A stretch of DNA of 64,000 nucleotides from Chiloscyllium plagiosum (lineage: Eukaryota), in assembly GCF_004010195.1 (NCBI RefSeq), contig NC_057718.1, forward strand, positions 40,254,101 to 40,318,100, written 5' to 3'. The notes below the pieces were generated by a model, which was not told the DNA's origin, searched no databases, and saw only the letters and a program-made list of their open reading frames with translations. Shown one piece after another: positions 11,982-24,597 of this stretch. The first letter of the stretch is position 1, and the number at the start of each line of letters is the position of its first letter. The position numbers were made by a program, and so were the translations under genes.

Positions 11982-11990
11982 ATTGCATCA
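11982..11990 (-). promoter_or_regulatory. C/EBP-ATF response element (CARE/AARE; TGATGCAAT on the - strand), candidate ATF4 site
   Basis: Exact ATTGCATCA 86 nt into intron 1; identical to the established CHOP AARE core. Confidence 0.65.
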
Positions 11991-12734
11991 TGTGTGGGAC
12001 AGCCTGGTCCTGGAGCCGGCGATTAACAGCATGTCCTTGGGGAGGACGGGGTGGGTTGGAGGGGATCTGTGCTTCAATATGTAGAATCATACGAACTTTA
12101 AAATCTGCACTGTCAGTTATTGACAATCTGTGATCATGTGCTAACATTTTTTTTAAACAGTTAAATGTGTATCTGTAAGACGAGGATAGGTTTCGATTCC
12201 AGACTCTTCAGTATTTTCGTTTCTTCCCACCCCATATTTACAAATCTTGCACTTTTTTGTTTTGTTGCTCCCGTTTGACTATGTACAATATTATTAGATT
12301 TATTGAAGAAGTTGTCTATATATGTAAAGTCGGTATTGTTAATATGACAGTTATTTGCCCATTTAATTAACGTGGCACTTCCGATTATATTCTGCATTGA
12401 TTTTTTTTTCTTTTAATAACTTTTTAAAAACCTCTGTTCTGATCAAAAAGATTCGGTTATACTGAAATTTGAAGTATGTATGTTTAAATTTTCTTCCTCT
12501 TCAATAAAATTATTTCAAGTTTGACAACGTATGAGTTTGCATATGTGCTTTCTAGAGGTGCGGCGAATAAATGACAGTGTTATTTATGGTCTGGGGATGT
12601 CGAAGCCATGTTTTAAGCTATGCAGACTATATTTTTTTAATTGTTCAATGAATGGGTGTGGTTTTGATTTTTTTAAGAAAGCTTGTTGCACTCTTTAAAC
12701 CTGTTCTAGAATGGTGTTGGCAGGGATTTTTAAA

Positions 12735-13660
12735 ATTATTATTCACACATACGATGTGGCAGTCCCTGGCAAGGCTAGCTCATCCGTAACCGCCTTTGAG
12801 AAAGTGGTGATGAGCTGTCATCTTGCACCACTGTCATCCATGAAACGAAGGTGCCATTAAATTGGACATTCCAGGGTTTTAACCCAGTTATAGTGAGGGA
12901 CCTGTGACTTATTTAGAATTAGGATGGTGTGTGGGTTGGATGGGAGCATGCAGGTGGTGATTTTTTTTTCTCTGCTGCCCTTGTCTTTGAGATGGGAGAC
13001 AGTGTGATTTGCAAGTAGCTATTAAAGGAGGAGCCTTGGTGAGTTGCTGCAGTACAGTTGGTACACGCTGCTGCCACTGTGCTGGTAATAAAGTTAGTGA
13101 ATATTAAGTTAGATGAAGTGCTAGTCAACTGAGCTGTTTTCGTTTTGAATTGTTGGGACTGAACATATCCAGGCAAGTTGGGATTATTCCATCACATTCC
13201 TCTATTTTGTCTTTTAATGGAGGAGGAGCATTGATCCAATTGAGTTTCTGGTCAATGGTAGAGGATTTGATCATGATAATATGAAATATTAAGGGGTGAT
13301 GAGATTCTCTTATTGATGATAGTTGTTGCCTGGCATTTGTGTGGCACAACTGTTAATTGCCACTTATTCCAAATCCAAATTCTTGCCAAGTGTTGTCATT
13401 TGCAGACACGGACTGCATATGTTCTGTGGTGCTGCAAATGAAACCCTATCCAAATATTAACAAGCATCCCCACTTTTCTACATGGATTGATGGAAGATTA
13501 TCAAAGAAGCTGAAGCCAGTTTCCAAGGTTCAGGTACCTTGGTGAACTCCTACACTGATGTTATGGTACTGAACTGATTGGCTTATAACAATTACCTTCC
13601 TTGGTGCTAGTTTTGACTTCAGCCAGTGGTGTTCAACTTGGAAGACTACTGATTCTTCAT
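12735..13660 (-). mobile_element. Degraded LINE 3' portion (clade not assigned) whose tail resembles the tail of the SINE at 40487-40868
   Basis: attcacacatacgatgtggcagtccctggcaaggctagctcatccgtaaccgcc is loosely the reverse complement of the SINE 3' end; boundaries approximate. Confidence 0.45.
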
Positions 13661-13780
13661 TTGAGAGAAGACGATGGATAGTAATCAACAGATGATTTCC
13701 TCCTCAACGCTTGACCCCGTTTGGGACTTGTTCAGGTTTGGAATCAATGTCGAGGGCTCAATGGGTCACTGCCTCCTGAT

Positions 13781-14055
13781 GGGCAGCATGTTGTCTCAGT
13801 GGTTAGCACTGCTGCCTCACAGCACTGGGGACACCAGTTTAATTCCAGCCTCGGGTGGCTGTTTATGTGGAGTTTGCATATTTTTCCTGTCTGTGTGGGT
13901 TTCCACTGGGAGCTTCAGTTTCCTTCCACAGTCCAAAGATATGCAAGTTAGCTGGATTAGCCACGCTAAATTGCCCATAGTGTCCAGAGTTATATAGGCT
14001 AGATGGATTTGGGCAGGGAGGTGGATCTGGGTGGGATGCTCTTCAGAGGGTTGGT
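13781..14055 (+). mobile_element. HE1-like V-SINE
   Basis: A-box/B-box-like head (tcagtggttagcac...agtttaattcc) and core tgtggagtttgca...tgtgtgggtttcc. Confidence 0.85.
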
Positions 14056-14611
14056 CAATTCTGTGATGAGTACCACATCTCTTGGGTTTGTTCTGCTGTT
14101 GAGGTTGTGATTGTAGGAGTCTAGAATATTGGCTAAAAGATTTAATTCAGTGACGTGACTGTGGCAAGCTGTTGTTTGACAGCTATCCCAATTTTAGTCA
14201 AGGTCCATCTTACCATATCCTGGAATACTCCAGTGGTTTATAGTCTCTTATTCTTATTAAATTTGATATCTTGGATACAATTAAGAGGTTTTGTTTGACC
14301 TTGTTAGAAGATGTTGTTAGTGTCACCCACATTGCTGTGGAGCTTGAGTTACAAATTGAGCAGGCCAGGTTGTCATTATTGATAAGTGTTTTGTTTCTGA
14401 TTTATTTGTTTAACTTGCCATGGCCTGAAGACATGAAGAGAATCCCAAAGGGAACTGTTCTGTTCCATATTTCCATACTTAACATATAAAAAAAAGACAA
14501 CCTTGCTGGATTCATAAAATGGCTGAGGTTGATCACATGATCTTGATTCCAGAAGCTTCTGGATTCCCTACTTTGTGTAGACGTTTCAGCTAAACCAACA
14601 CAAAATAGCGG

Positions 14612-14794
14612 CTACACCGCTGAAGCCAACGCCAACTCGAGGACACCTCTTCCTACTGCCCCCTCGACCATGACCCCACCCGCCAGCACCCTACACCGCT
14701 GAAGCCAAACACCAACTAGAGGACACCTCTTCCTACTGCCCCCTCGACCATGACCCCACTCCCCTCACCAAACCATCATCTCCCAGGCCATACA
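14612..14794 (+). repeat. Tandemly duplicated ~68-bp internal fragment, probably of a Penelope-like ORF
   Basis: ctacaccgctgaagcc...cctcgaccatgaccccac at 14612-14679 and 14691-14759; C-rich like the family A ORF. Confidence 0.6.
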
Positions 14795-15845
14795 GCCACA
14801 GCCACAAAATGCTTAGGGATGAGCCATTTGCCTCCAGCCAGCTCAGGACAGGAGTAAACCTCAAAACCCTTTGTGTTAAATGATTTTGCAATGCTTCACA
14901 TCACTGTTAGCTTAGTGACCTTCCAATTCACCCCTGAGATGGCCATTCAGTACTTGAAATGTCTGTGTGTCACATGATTGAAATCTGAGCTTGTTAAATC
15001 ATTTTAAGCATACAATTCTGGGATTCAAAGTCAGTTGCTGTTTGACCTCTGGAGGGGGATTAGGACTCTAGGCTGGGTTGGCAGCCTGCCTTGGATCTTC
15101 CATTTGTTTCCAAGTTGCTGGCTGGAAGGAAGCCTCCGTTTTGCCTAAAATAAGGAAAACTACTGGGTCCAGCTCACTGAGGAAAATATGTTTGAACACT
15201 GACCGTTGGGAATTTTTTATTCATGTGATGTTTTTTCTTTTCAATATGGATTTGCCAAAACTTGTAATTTATTACCCATCTCATCTTCTGTCTTAATGTT
15301 TTAGTGCTTGGATGGTGTAGTGAGTTAATTTCACTGTCTTAAAGAACATTCTAAAAAGACTACTTCTTCCCTCCAGCTTTGCACTTTTTACCCTACCTCC
15401 ACCCCCACCTCCACGTACCCCATCCCATCCCTTTCTGTTTATTGTGACAGAAAGACAAAAATGATTGGCATTTAGAGAATGTGTCAGGAAGTGAAGTCTC
15501 TGAAGTTATCAGCAGCGAATCAGGTGTAAGATTCCATATATACTTTCATTACTGGAAGAAAGATCCAGAAAAATACAGAAAGCAACCCTCTTCATAATGT
15601 GCCTGGGAATGAATTGAAATTAGAATTGTTTTCCCCTGTTAAGGCCAAGGCGCTGATATATTGTAGATAGGCTGGAAAGTGTTGTTAAAATTTTGTGGAT
15701 AAACCTTATTTTTGATTTAATAGCACACCAAGTGTTAGGGTTGTTGTTTGCGTCAGTTTTGAAAATGAAATCCAAACACTGGCATTTGGAGAACATCTTT
15801 CAGCCTACCTCAATAGGGGACATGAGTAAGTCAAACAATATGGAA

Positions 15846-17150
15846 TCAGAGTCATGGAAACAGAACCTTCGGTCCAACTGGTCCATTCTGAACATAATCC
15901 CAAACTAAACTGGTCCCATCTGCCATATGCCTCCAAACACTTTCTATTCATGAATTTTCCAAATGTCTTTTAAATGTTGTAATTGTACCCATATTATCAC
16001 TTCCTCAGGAAGTTTATTCCACACACGAACCACCCTGTGTGTAGAAATAATTTAGCCTCCAGTCCTTTTTTTTTTAAAATCTCTATCCTCTCACCTTAAA
16101 AATGTGGCCCCTAGTCTTGAAGTCGTCCATCCTAGGGAAAAGCTGAAAAATGTGTTGCTGAAAAAGTGCAGCAGGTCAGGATTCTTGAAGAAGGGCTTAT
16201 GCCATAAAACGTTGATTCTCCTGCTCCTTGGATGCTGTCTGACCTGCTGTGCTTTTCCAGTAACACATTTTTCAGCTCTGATCTCCAGCATCTGCAGTCC
16301 TCACTTTCTCCATCCTAGGGAAAAGACAACTACCATTAACTCTATCTATATCTCATTATTTTATAAACCTCTATCAATTCACCTCTCAACCTTCTATGCT
16401 CTGGTGAAAAAAGACCCAGCCTTTCTTTATAACTCAAACCTTCCATTCCCAGCAATACCCTAGTAATTCTCTTCTGATCCCTCTCCAGCTTAATAGTATC
16501 CTTCCTGTAACTGGTTGACCAGAACTGGACACAGTATTCCAGAAGAGGCCTCACCAATGTCCTGTACAACCTCAGCATGACTTGCCAACTCCTATACTCA
16601 AAGGACTGAGCAATGAAAGCAAGCGTGTCAAATGTCTTTTTAACCATCCTGTCTATGTGTGATGCAAACTTCAAAGAATTGTGTATCTGAACCCCTATGT
16701 CCCTGTGTTCTACAGCACTACCCGAGGCCCTACCATTAATTGTATAAGCCCTACCCTTGTTTTTTGGACCAAAATGCAATATCTTGCTTTTATCCAGATT
16801 GAATTCCATGTGCTATATTTCAGTCCATTGACCCATTTGAATAAGATGTCTTTGTAATTTTAGAAAACTTTCTTCACTGTCTACTCTGCCACCAATTTTG
16901 GTGTCGACGCAAACTTACTAACCATACATTCCACATTCTCATTCAAATCACTTGTGTAAATGATGAACAAAAGAGGACTCTGAACCAATCTCTGTGGAAC
17001 ACCACTGGTGACAGGCCTCCAATCTGAAAAGCAACCTCCACTACCACACTGTCTCCTGAAGGTAAGCTGATTCTGTATCCAACTGGCAAGCTCACCCTGA
17101 ATCCCATGTGACCTAACTTTATTTACTGGTCTACCATGTGATAACTTGAT
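15846..17150 (-). mobile_element. 5'-truncated CR1 LINE (RT C-terminus and 3' UTR) with a nested Penelope mini-element
   Basis: ORFs 16342-16809 (LYRTLVRPLLEYCVQFW, RRLRGELIEVYKIM) and 16881-17177 (VTSGVPQ). Confidence 0.92.
16143..16311 (+). mobile_element. Penelope-like family A palindromic mini-element with a degenerate hammerhead; TSD up to 17 bp
   Basis: tccatcctagggaaaag at 16126-16142 and 16309-16325; inverted arms 16141-16180 / 16238-16277; ends ...tctgcagtcctcactttctcc. Confidence 0.85.
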
Positions 17151-18165
17151 GCCTTGGGCGTAAGAGGGGAAAAACAATCATTTTAATTCATTCGCATTCC
17201 CTCTTTGTCCTTGAAAAATCTAGTTTAAATTCCACAGCTGTAGGGTGATTTGAACTCAAGTCTCCAGACCAATTTCCTACACGTCCAGATTATTAGACCT
17301 TTAACATAAAACAGATGCTCCTTAATACTTACCAGGGAAATAAAGGTAAAGTTGCCATTGTCTTATCAGGCAATAGGGTTGCTCTTAGAGAGACAGATAA
17401 TGTTGGCTTAACCGGTGGCTTACCATTGCCACAGATGAGAGGAGAGGTTGAGAAGGAGAGTACTTGAATTGAACAAGTGGTATTGGCGTCATTCTGCATT
17501 GCAAATCAGCTATACAGCCAACTGAGCGAACTGACCCCCTTAGGATTACTAACTGAGTAAGAAATGTTTAGCTGTAGTGTCCTGAAAAGGAAGAAATGAA
17601 TTTAGTCCGGTATCTTCTGACAAGCGAGCATGAGAGACTGATAGACAGTACTAATGGTTTGCTGACTTGCACCTGCAGAGTTAGACCTGTAATTGTATCC
17701 GATTCTTCCAAACTATCTTGACACATGGGTAATGCTGCAAACCAATGTCTTAACTGTTGTAATGCAATACAAAACTGAGCCTAGATATTAAACCCACATT
17801 TGTGATTACTAGTGTTCATGTTGCACTTTGAATTGGGTGTGTAGTAGGGGAAGACTCTCTGATCCTTGACTGTTCCCTTCTGTATCCATATACTGTGCAT
17901 TTGGATGAATGGAGTGTGTCCGAATAGGGTGACAGCTTGTGTATGATATTGACCAAACAGTAACTTTTACTGTGAATTTTTCAGTGATTTTGATTTGGAA
18001 ATTCTTAGTGTGGTGTAATTCTCTGATGGTTATATTAAGTAGGTAGGTGTGGTTGTCTGAGCATGGTTCTTATGGTGCCAGCTTTTTTAATAGTTTGTCT
18101 AAAAGCAAATATTCACGGTTTAACTCTCCACCTGATATCGTAGGAGGCCTTTGAACTGTGAGGGT

Positions 18166-19079
18166 TGTCATAACTCATTGGGTAGCATGCTGGAAGTCAA
18201 GCCCTGCTATTCTTAGAGTTCTCAGAGTTAAAGATTTTAAAATAAGTATGCAAACATCCAACATGCCTAATTTTCAGACCTAGGTTATTGGAAAGTACAG
18301 ACCAGGTTTCTGTACTTAACAAGAACTGACGTTTTTTTCATGTCATTATATTTTAGGTAAACAATTAAAATAAATTCTGTAAACTCTACAAATTAAAACT
18401 CTCCCTTGCATGCACACATACAAAAGTAAACAAAAGGGGGGAAAACAAATACATGAACGGAGGGTTACCAGTTCTGTAGTCTTCCTTCGCTGGATCAGTT
18501 GGATTGGTTCTTGCTGATCTAATGATGGCTAATTTTTTTGCTCAATCTTTCTTCTTCTGAATACTTTAACTGGTTTGCAAGAGGCACAGGGTGGCTGTTT
18601 CACTTGGGAAAGATCTCTGACTTATCCAATTCCAAATCGCAACATGCAGTATCTGCCGAAGGAAAGATAAACTGATTTTCTTCCGATTTAATGTGGTTTA
18701 CTGCAGAAAACAGTGTTTTCTGGCTGCTACAGGACTTCTGGTTTCTCTTCTCTGATTAGCTTTTCTCTGCGTTGCTCAGAGCCCAAGCCGTTCAGCTAAC
18801 TGACAGCCAATCACCTTGTGGCATTCATTGGACCTTTATCATTGATAATTGTCCCTCGTCCTCACCAGATGGTTTCATTTGTAAACAGCCCCTTGGCCCC
18901 AGCATAGCTGCACACTGCTGAAACCCACAGCTACACACTCGTTGTTCACAGTTGGTATCATTGCATACTCTCAAAGCATGCAGCCATTCTTTGGAAATTC
19001 CTGGGCTTCAAAACAGTTGTTTCTCATTTTTAGTCCAATGTTTTCAAAAAGCACAAGAATAAAAGGCATGGTCTTTACA
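18166..19079. mobile_element. Probable solo LTR (914 bp), TG...CA, 4-bp TSD GGGT
   Basis: gggt|tgtcata...ctttaca|gggt. Confidence 0.6.
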
Positions 19080-19710
19080 GGGTTACGGGTATTCTTAATC
19101 CTAATTTGTTAACTTTACTTGCACTCTCCAGCAGGGTTTACTAGTGAGTGGGAGTGCTAACTATTTTTCTTTTTAATTTTCTCATTGTTGCTTATGAATG
19201 CTACAACAACTTTTAATGATCATTGTTAGTATCAGCTGATTCCACATTAATTATGCTACAGGACCAACTTTACATGTTGGAGAGTGTAAATGCATTGATT
19301 TGAACTAAATGTGATACAGATGATTAGCCATCATTAATGGAATAAGCTGCTGAGAGAAATGTCATGACCTCCATTCCTACTTGCTTTACCATTTTGTACA
19401 TTTTGGGAATTAAGAAATATTCAGCAGAAACTGAATGATTCACTTGACCATTCAACCAGTAAGATTCGAACTGCCCTCTAGTATCTTGGGGATTATTATA
19501 TTTATCATTCTATATATTCCACTATCTCAGCTGATTGCTGAAAAATGGTGTTTTTAATGTCCAAGTGTGTGTGTACAAATCGGTGAAAATGGCAATTTCA
19601 CCAATATTCCTTGACATTGTTTGATGACATGTTTATGTTTGAATTACCATGCTGCAAAGCAAGTGTACTTACGCCATTGACTGGAGTCTTTTTGGTCGTT
19701 TGTATTTTAA

Positions 19711-21603
19711 TTAGAGTCATAGATATGTACAGCATGGAAATAGACCCTTCGGTCCAACTCGTCCATGCCGACCAGATATCCCATCCCAATCTAGTCCTAC
19801 CTGCCAGCACCCGGCCCATATCCCTCCAAACCCTTCCTATTCATATATCCATCCAGATGCCTTTCAAAAGTTGCAATTGTATGAACCCCCCACCACTTCC
19901 TCTGGCAGCTCATTCCACGCACACCACCACCCTCTGCGTGAAAAAGTTCCCCCTGAGGTCTCATTTATATCTTTCCCTTCTCACCCTAAACCTATACCAT
20001 CTAGTTCTAGACTCCCCCACCCCAGGGAAAATACCATGTCTATTTATCCTATCTACACTCCTCATGATTTTATAACCCTCTATAAGGTCACCCCTCAGTC
20101 TCCAACGCTCCAGTGAAAACAGCCCCAGCCTATTCAACTTCTCCCTATAGCTCAAATCCTCTAACACTGCCAACAGCCTTGTAAATTTTTCCTGAACCCT
20201 TTCAAGTTTCACAACATCCTTCTGATGGGAAGGAGACCAGACCTGCATGCAATATTCCAACTGTGGCATAACCAATGTCCTGTATAGCCATAACATGACC
20301 TCCTAACTTCTGTACTCAGTACTCTGACCACTAAAGGAAAGCATACCAAACGCCGCCTTCACTATCCTATCAACCTGCGACTCCACTTTCAAGGAGCAAT
20401 GAATCCTGCACTGCAAGGTCTCTTTCTTCGACAACACTCCCTACCATGAAGTGTATAAGTCCTGCTAAGATTTTCTTTCCCAAAATGCAGTACCTCACAT
20501 TTATCTGAATTAAACTCCAACTGCCACTTCTCAGCCCACTGGCCCATCTGATCAAGATCCTGTTGTAATCTGAGGTAACCTTCTTCACTGTCGACCACAC
20601 TTCCAATTTTGGTGTCATCTGCAAACTTACTGACTATGCCTCTTATGCTCACATCCATATCAGTTTTATAAATGGCAAAAAACAGTGGACCCACCAATCC
20701 TTGTGGCATTCTACTGGTCACAGGCCCCCAGTCCGAAAAACAATCCTCCACCATTACCCTCTGTCTTCTACCTTTCAGCCAGCTCTGTATCCAAATGGCT
20801 AGTTCTCCCTGTATTCCATGAGATCTAACCTTGCTAACCAATCTCCCATGGGGAACCTTGTTGAACGTCTTACTGAAGTCCATTTGGATCTCGTCGACTG
20901 CTCTGCCCTCATCAATCTTCTTTGTTACTTCTTCAAAAAGCTCAATCAAGTTTGTGAGACATGATTTCCAACGCTCAAAGCCATGCTGACTATCCCTAAT
21001 CAGTCCTTGCCTTTCCAAATACATGTACATCCTGTCCCTCAGGATTCCTTCCAACAACTTGCCCACCAACAAGGTCTGGCTCACTGGTCTATAGTTCCCT
21101 GGCGTCCTCACCACCTTCAGTAAATAGTGGTACAACGTTAGCCAACCTCCAGTCTTCCGGCACCTCACCTGTGACTATCAATGATACAAATCTCAGCAAG
21201 AGGCCCAGCAATCACTTCCCTAGCTTCCCACAGAGTTCTAGGGTTCACCTAATCAGGTCCTGGGGATTTATCCACTTTTATGCGTTTCAAGACATCCAGC
21301 ACTTCCTGCTCTGTAATCTAGACATTTTTTTCAAGATGTCACCATCTATTTCCCTACATTATATATGTTCCCTGTCCTTTTCACTGATGCAAAATTCTCA
21401 TTTAACAACTCCCGCATCTCCGGATGCAAAGGCCGCCTTGCTGATCTTTGAGGGGTCCTATCCTCTCCCTAATTACCCTTTTGTCCTTAATGTATTTGTA
21501 AAAGCCCTTTGCATTTGCCTTAACTCTATTTGCCAAAGCTATCTAATGTCCCATTTTTGCGCTCCTGATTTCCATTTCCTGTTGCCTTTGTACTCTTCTA
21601 AAG
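19711..21603 (-). mobile_element. 5'-truncated CR1 LINE (RT domain, pseudogenised)
   Basis: ORF 20389-21168 PGNYRPVS...QHGF...DFSKTFNKVPH...KFADDTK; 3' terminal short repeats tagagtcataga. Confidence 0.95.
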
Positions 21604-21940
21604 ATTTCTGTCTCCCTTTCTTTAATTTCCCCGGTCCTTCCTGTGCCTCCTTCTTGATGTCTGTCTCTTTCCCTCCATCTGCCTTTGCCTTGTCACCTCC
21701 TTCTGTATCTGCCTCCCATTGTAATCTTTGCCTGTTTTCCTATGGTTTGTCTCTGAACAGCCCTACTTCTTCTACTACTTATCTTGCTGTGGCGATTATT
21801 CTCTCCCGCTGTCTGTTTCCCATTTTCGGTAGACCTCACTGTCGCCACTCTGACCCTCTAAATCTCTGTTTCTCTCTGTCTTTGTTTCTCTTCCCTCTTC
21901 CCTCTCCTCTTCCCCCACCCCACCCCACCCCCACCTTCCT
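21604..21940. repeat. Pyrimidine-rich low-complexity tract
   Basis: Strong C/T bias on the + strand. Confidence 0.6.
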
Positions 21941-22177
21941 TATTATATTCATGCTGCTCCTTGCTGATGGTGCACTATGAAACTTGTTTGGAATTGAGAG
22001 GTCTTATAGTCACTTTCATTTGATCTGCAATTTTTAAAGCTTTAATTATGAAAGTTTGTACATTCTGGTGTCTTTTTTAACTGGGATGTATGTATTTTTT
22101 TAAAAAGTGAGTTCTGCATATGATGCATTAAGAATATGTTGTGATGCTAGTGGGGAGTGCTGACTGCTATCAATGTA

Positions 22178-22271
22178 GGCGAAAGTGAGGACTGCAAATG
22201 TTGGAGATCAGAGTCAAGATTAGTGGTGCTGGAAAACCACAGCAGGTCAGGCAGCATCCAAGGAGCAGGAA
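22178..22271 (-). mobile_element. Penelope-like family A terminal fragment
   Basis: gaaagtgaggactgcaaatgttggagatcagag...agcaggtcaggcagcatcc is the reverse complement of the 16220-16311 terminus. Confidence 0.8.
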
Positions 22272-23894
22272 TACAGTGAGTTCAACAAAATGTCTACTCC
22301 CAGCCTCCCTCCAAGTGAGAGTGACTGAAAACTGTTGATGTTATAGCAACTTCTGCACATGTTCAATCTAAAGAAATAAGATGATTCTGGAAAAGGAGGC
22401 TCAATTGAATATCCTGGCTATAACATTACGAAAAAGTTAGGCTCTGGCTGATTGTTACAGGATGAAGGCTAAATTTAAACTAGGGTTGTTGATTTGGTTT
22501 AAAAAAAAACTCTGGAAATCTATGCAATTAGGACTGTCATGCTTAAAGAAGATGAGGTATTTCGAGGTGTCCATTGTCTATGTTAATTCCATTGGAGGTC
22601 TCTAGATATAAGGCTGTACTGGTGAAAGTAACTTGAGGGTTGCATGCAATGAGTGTGAAAAGTGAGAGGTCCCGTGTATGAGTTAAGGACTTTTAAACTG
22701 TGTGTGTGCCACCATATTTGTGTGGAAGGTGGTGTTGAGAGTCGAGACACCAATCTTTGTATGTAATATTTAAGGAGGATTTAATTGTTCTGTTGCATAC
22801 TTAATTTTTTATTTCTTTTGGGTGCAATTGCTGTAGTAAAAGTTTTAAAAAGTGAAATCTTATGTTTTTCTTATCTATATGTTTCACATTGCCTTTGTTT
22901 TCAGGTTATTGTTACAATCCCTGTTGAGAACAATGTACTGGTGCATTTTAAATAACATTTACCTTATGCCTTTCCATAAACTATTTCATTATTATTTACT
23001 TAACTGAATACCTGTTAACATTGAGTTCATGGCGGACTGTGCAAAATTTCAGATTGGACTTGTTTTTTAAAATTGAGATTATTTACTTGATTCTGTAGTT
23101 TTGAAAACAACCATCCTCTGGGTCCACTATCATCAAAACTGCCATCAGCTTCTCCTTCTGTAATTGCTAAATGGGTCACTCTTATCTCTGCCTCTCAATA
23201 CATAATATTTATATTTTACTATGGTTTTGGAATAATACTGTATTGTTGTATAAGGACATTTTCAAATGTCTGATCCAATTTTAAGTCTTCCAACCTGTTA
23301 CTTTTCAACTGATACAAATTTTTCTTAAAGTAGTAAGAAGCCATCAATGTTGATTGGGGGAGCAGGCAGTCTGAGCTGCTCTGATCAGTGGGATTGCTGC
23401 AGTACAGACATGATGCACACTGACCTTGAGGTATTGATACTGAAAGATCATATTTAGCTCTGATCCTTGACCTGTTCAGTGAAAGATTTTGAGGTGGTCT
23501 TGCTTTCTGACAAACATGCAGTACTGTGTAATATCAGAGGATTGGATATTTCATTATGTATCTAATCTGAAAAACAGCAATTCCAGCAGTTAGTACAGCT
23601 AAACCGGATGCTAAAATAATCATGCCGTCTTCGTTTTTACTTTTGGTACTTAGATTTCTTCAAATATTGTTTGATATTCAATTTAATATCTAATTTTTCT
23701 ATTACTGTGGCTTTGAGGTCCTTCTTTTCTCCTCCCTAATTGAGATGCCAGGTTGACTGATCTAAGCCTATTAAAATTGTACAAGTTTGTGCTCTTGGCA
23801 CTTCTTTTGATGCTCTAAACTTGATCGATCATATTTCAAAACTACTTATTCCTGTACCTTAGCAGCAAAGTCTCTCATTAATCATTAAAAAAAA

Positions 23895-24025
23895 ATTACA
23901 GATGTTGGAAATCTGAAGCAAAGACAGTTCTGAAGAAGAGTCACTAGACCCAAAATGCTAACTCTGCTTTCTGTCCACAGATGCTACCAGACCTGCTGAG
24001 TTCTCCAGTTTCTGTTTTTGTGTCT
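23895..24025 (+). mobile_element. Penelope-like family D terminal mini-element with a decayed hammerhead motif (23927-23962)
   Basis: gttCTGAAGAagagtcactagacccaaaatgctaac followed by tccacagatgctaccagacctgctgag; related fragments at ~2610-2728, ~8360-8450 and 39410-39460/39697-39768. Confidence 0.55.
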
Positions 24026-24597
24026 CATTATTCATGTTATCTTGAAACACCAATATAGCTGCATTTGAAATATCTATATAGGGGCTGTTACTCAGTTGAA
24101 AGCATTTTTAATTATAGGGTCTCAATTTTGAGTCTCTTAATGATATTAAAATCAATCAATTCCTAGGCAATAAAAAATCCATTTGGATAAATACTGATTA
24201 AAATGTGGCTGGAGATGGAATTTGTCACTACATTCACTTCTAGGAAAGAAAAAGGAGCCTCAATTCCAATTATCCTAAAATCGGATTATCCGAACAGGAT
24301 CTGAAGTCTTGTGAAGCTGTTGCAACAAAGTGTGTTACTGACAATGGTGCCACCATCGAGTCTTTTGTTAATAGTACAGGGTAAATGAGGGTTACTTGCA
24401 CTGAAGAAGATCTGCAAATGTTGCCTCAAAGAGGTGCTAATGACACTGGTGCAACAATCTCAGTCAATTATAGTAGTGTTAAAATAATTTTAACCAACAA
24501 TGGTGCAACAATCGTGTCTTTAGTTTAACTGAGGAATACCTGCACTGAAGATGATGTGCAAGCATTGCAGCAAAGAGGTGTTATTGATATTGGTGCA

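Larger units (their letters stand above)
11655..12050 (+). promoter_or_regulatory. EPRS1: EPRS1 CpG-rich promoter/exon 1 region with two ETS (GABP-type) sites CCGGAAGT at 11708-11715 and 11753-11760
   Basis: The only non-TE CpG-dense patch in the window; it surrounds the EPRS1 ATG; motifs read directly. Confidence 0.8.

Noticed and set aside
11824..12147. Overlapping ORFs around EPRS1 exon 1
   Set aside because: Read-through of exon 1 into GC-rich intron and its antisense; only 11854-11896 matches EPRS1.
21171..21980. 269-aa ORF on the + strand
   Set aside because: Antisense of a CR1 running into a pyrimidine-rich tract that lacks stop codons; no protein-like features.
22137..22916. Possible additional solo LTR
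   Set aside because: TG/CA ends can be chosen but I found no matching TSD.
24320..24597. Spaced repeats (tggtgcaacaatc) resembling a CRISPR array
   Set aside because: Degenerate subterminal repeats of a Tigger transposon in eukaryotic DNA; the spacers are themselves repeated and there are no cas genes.
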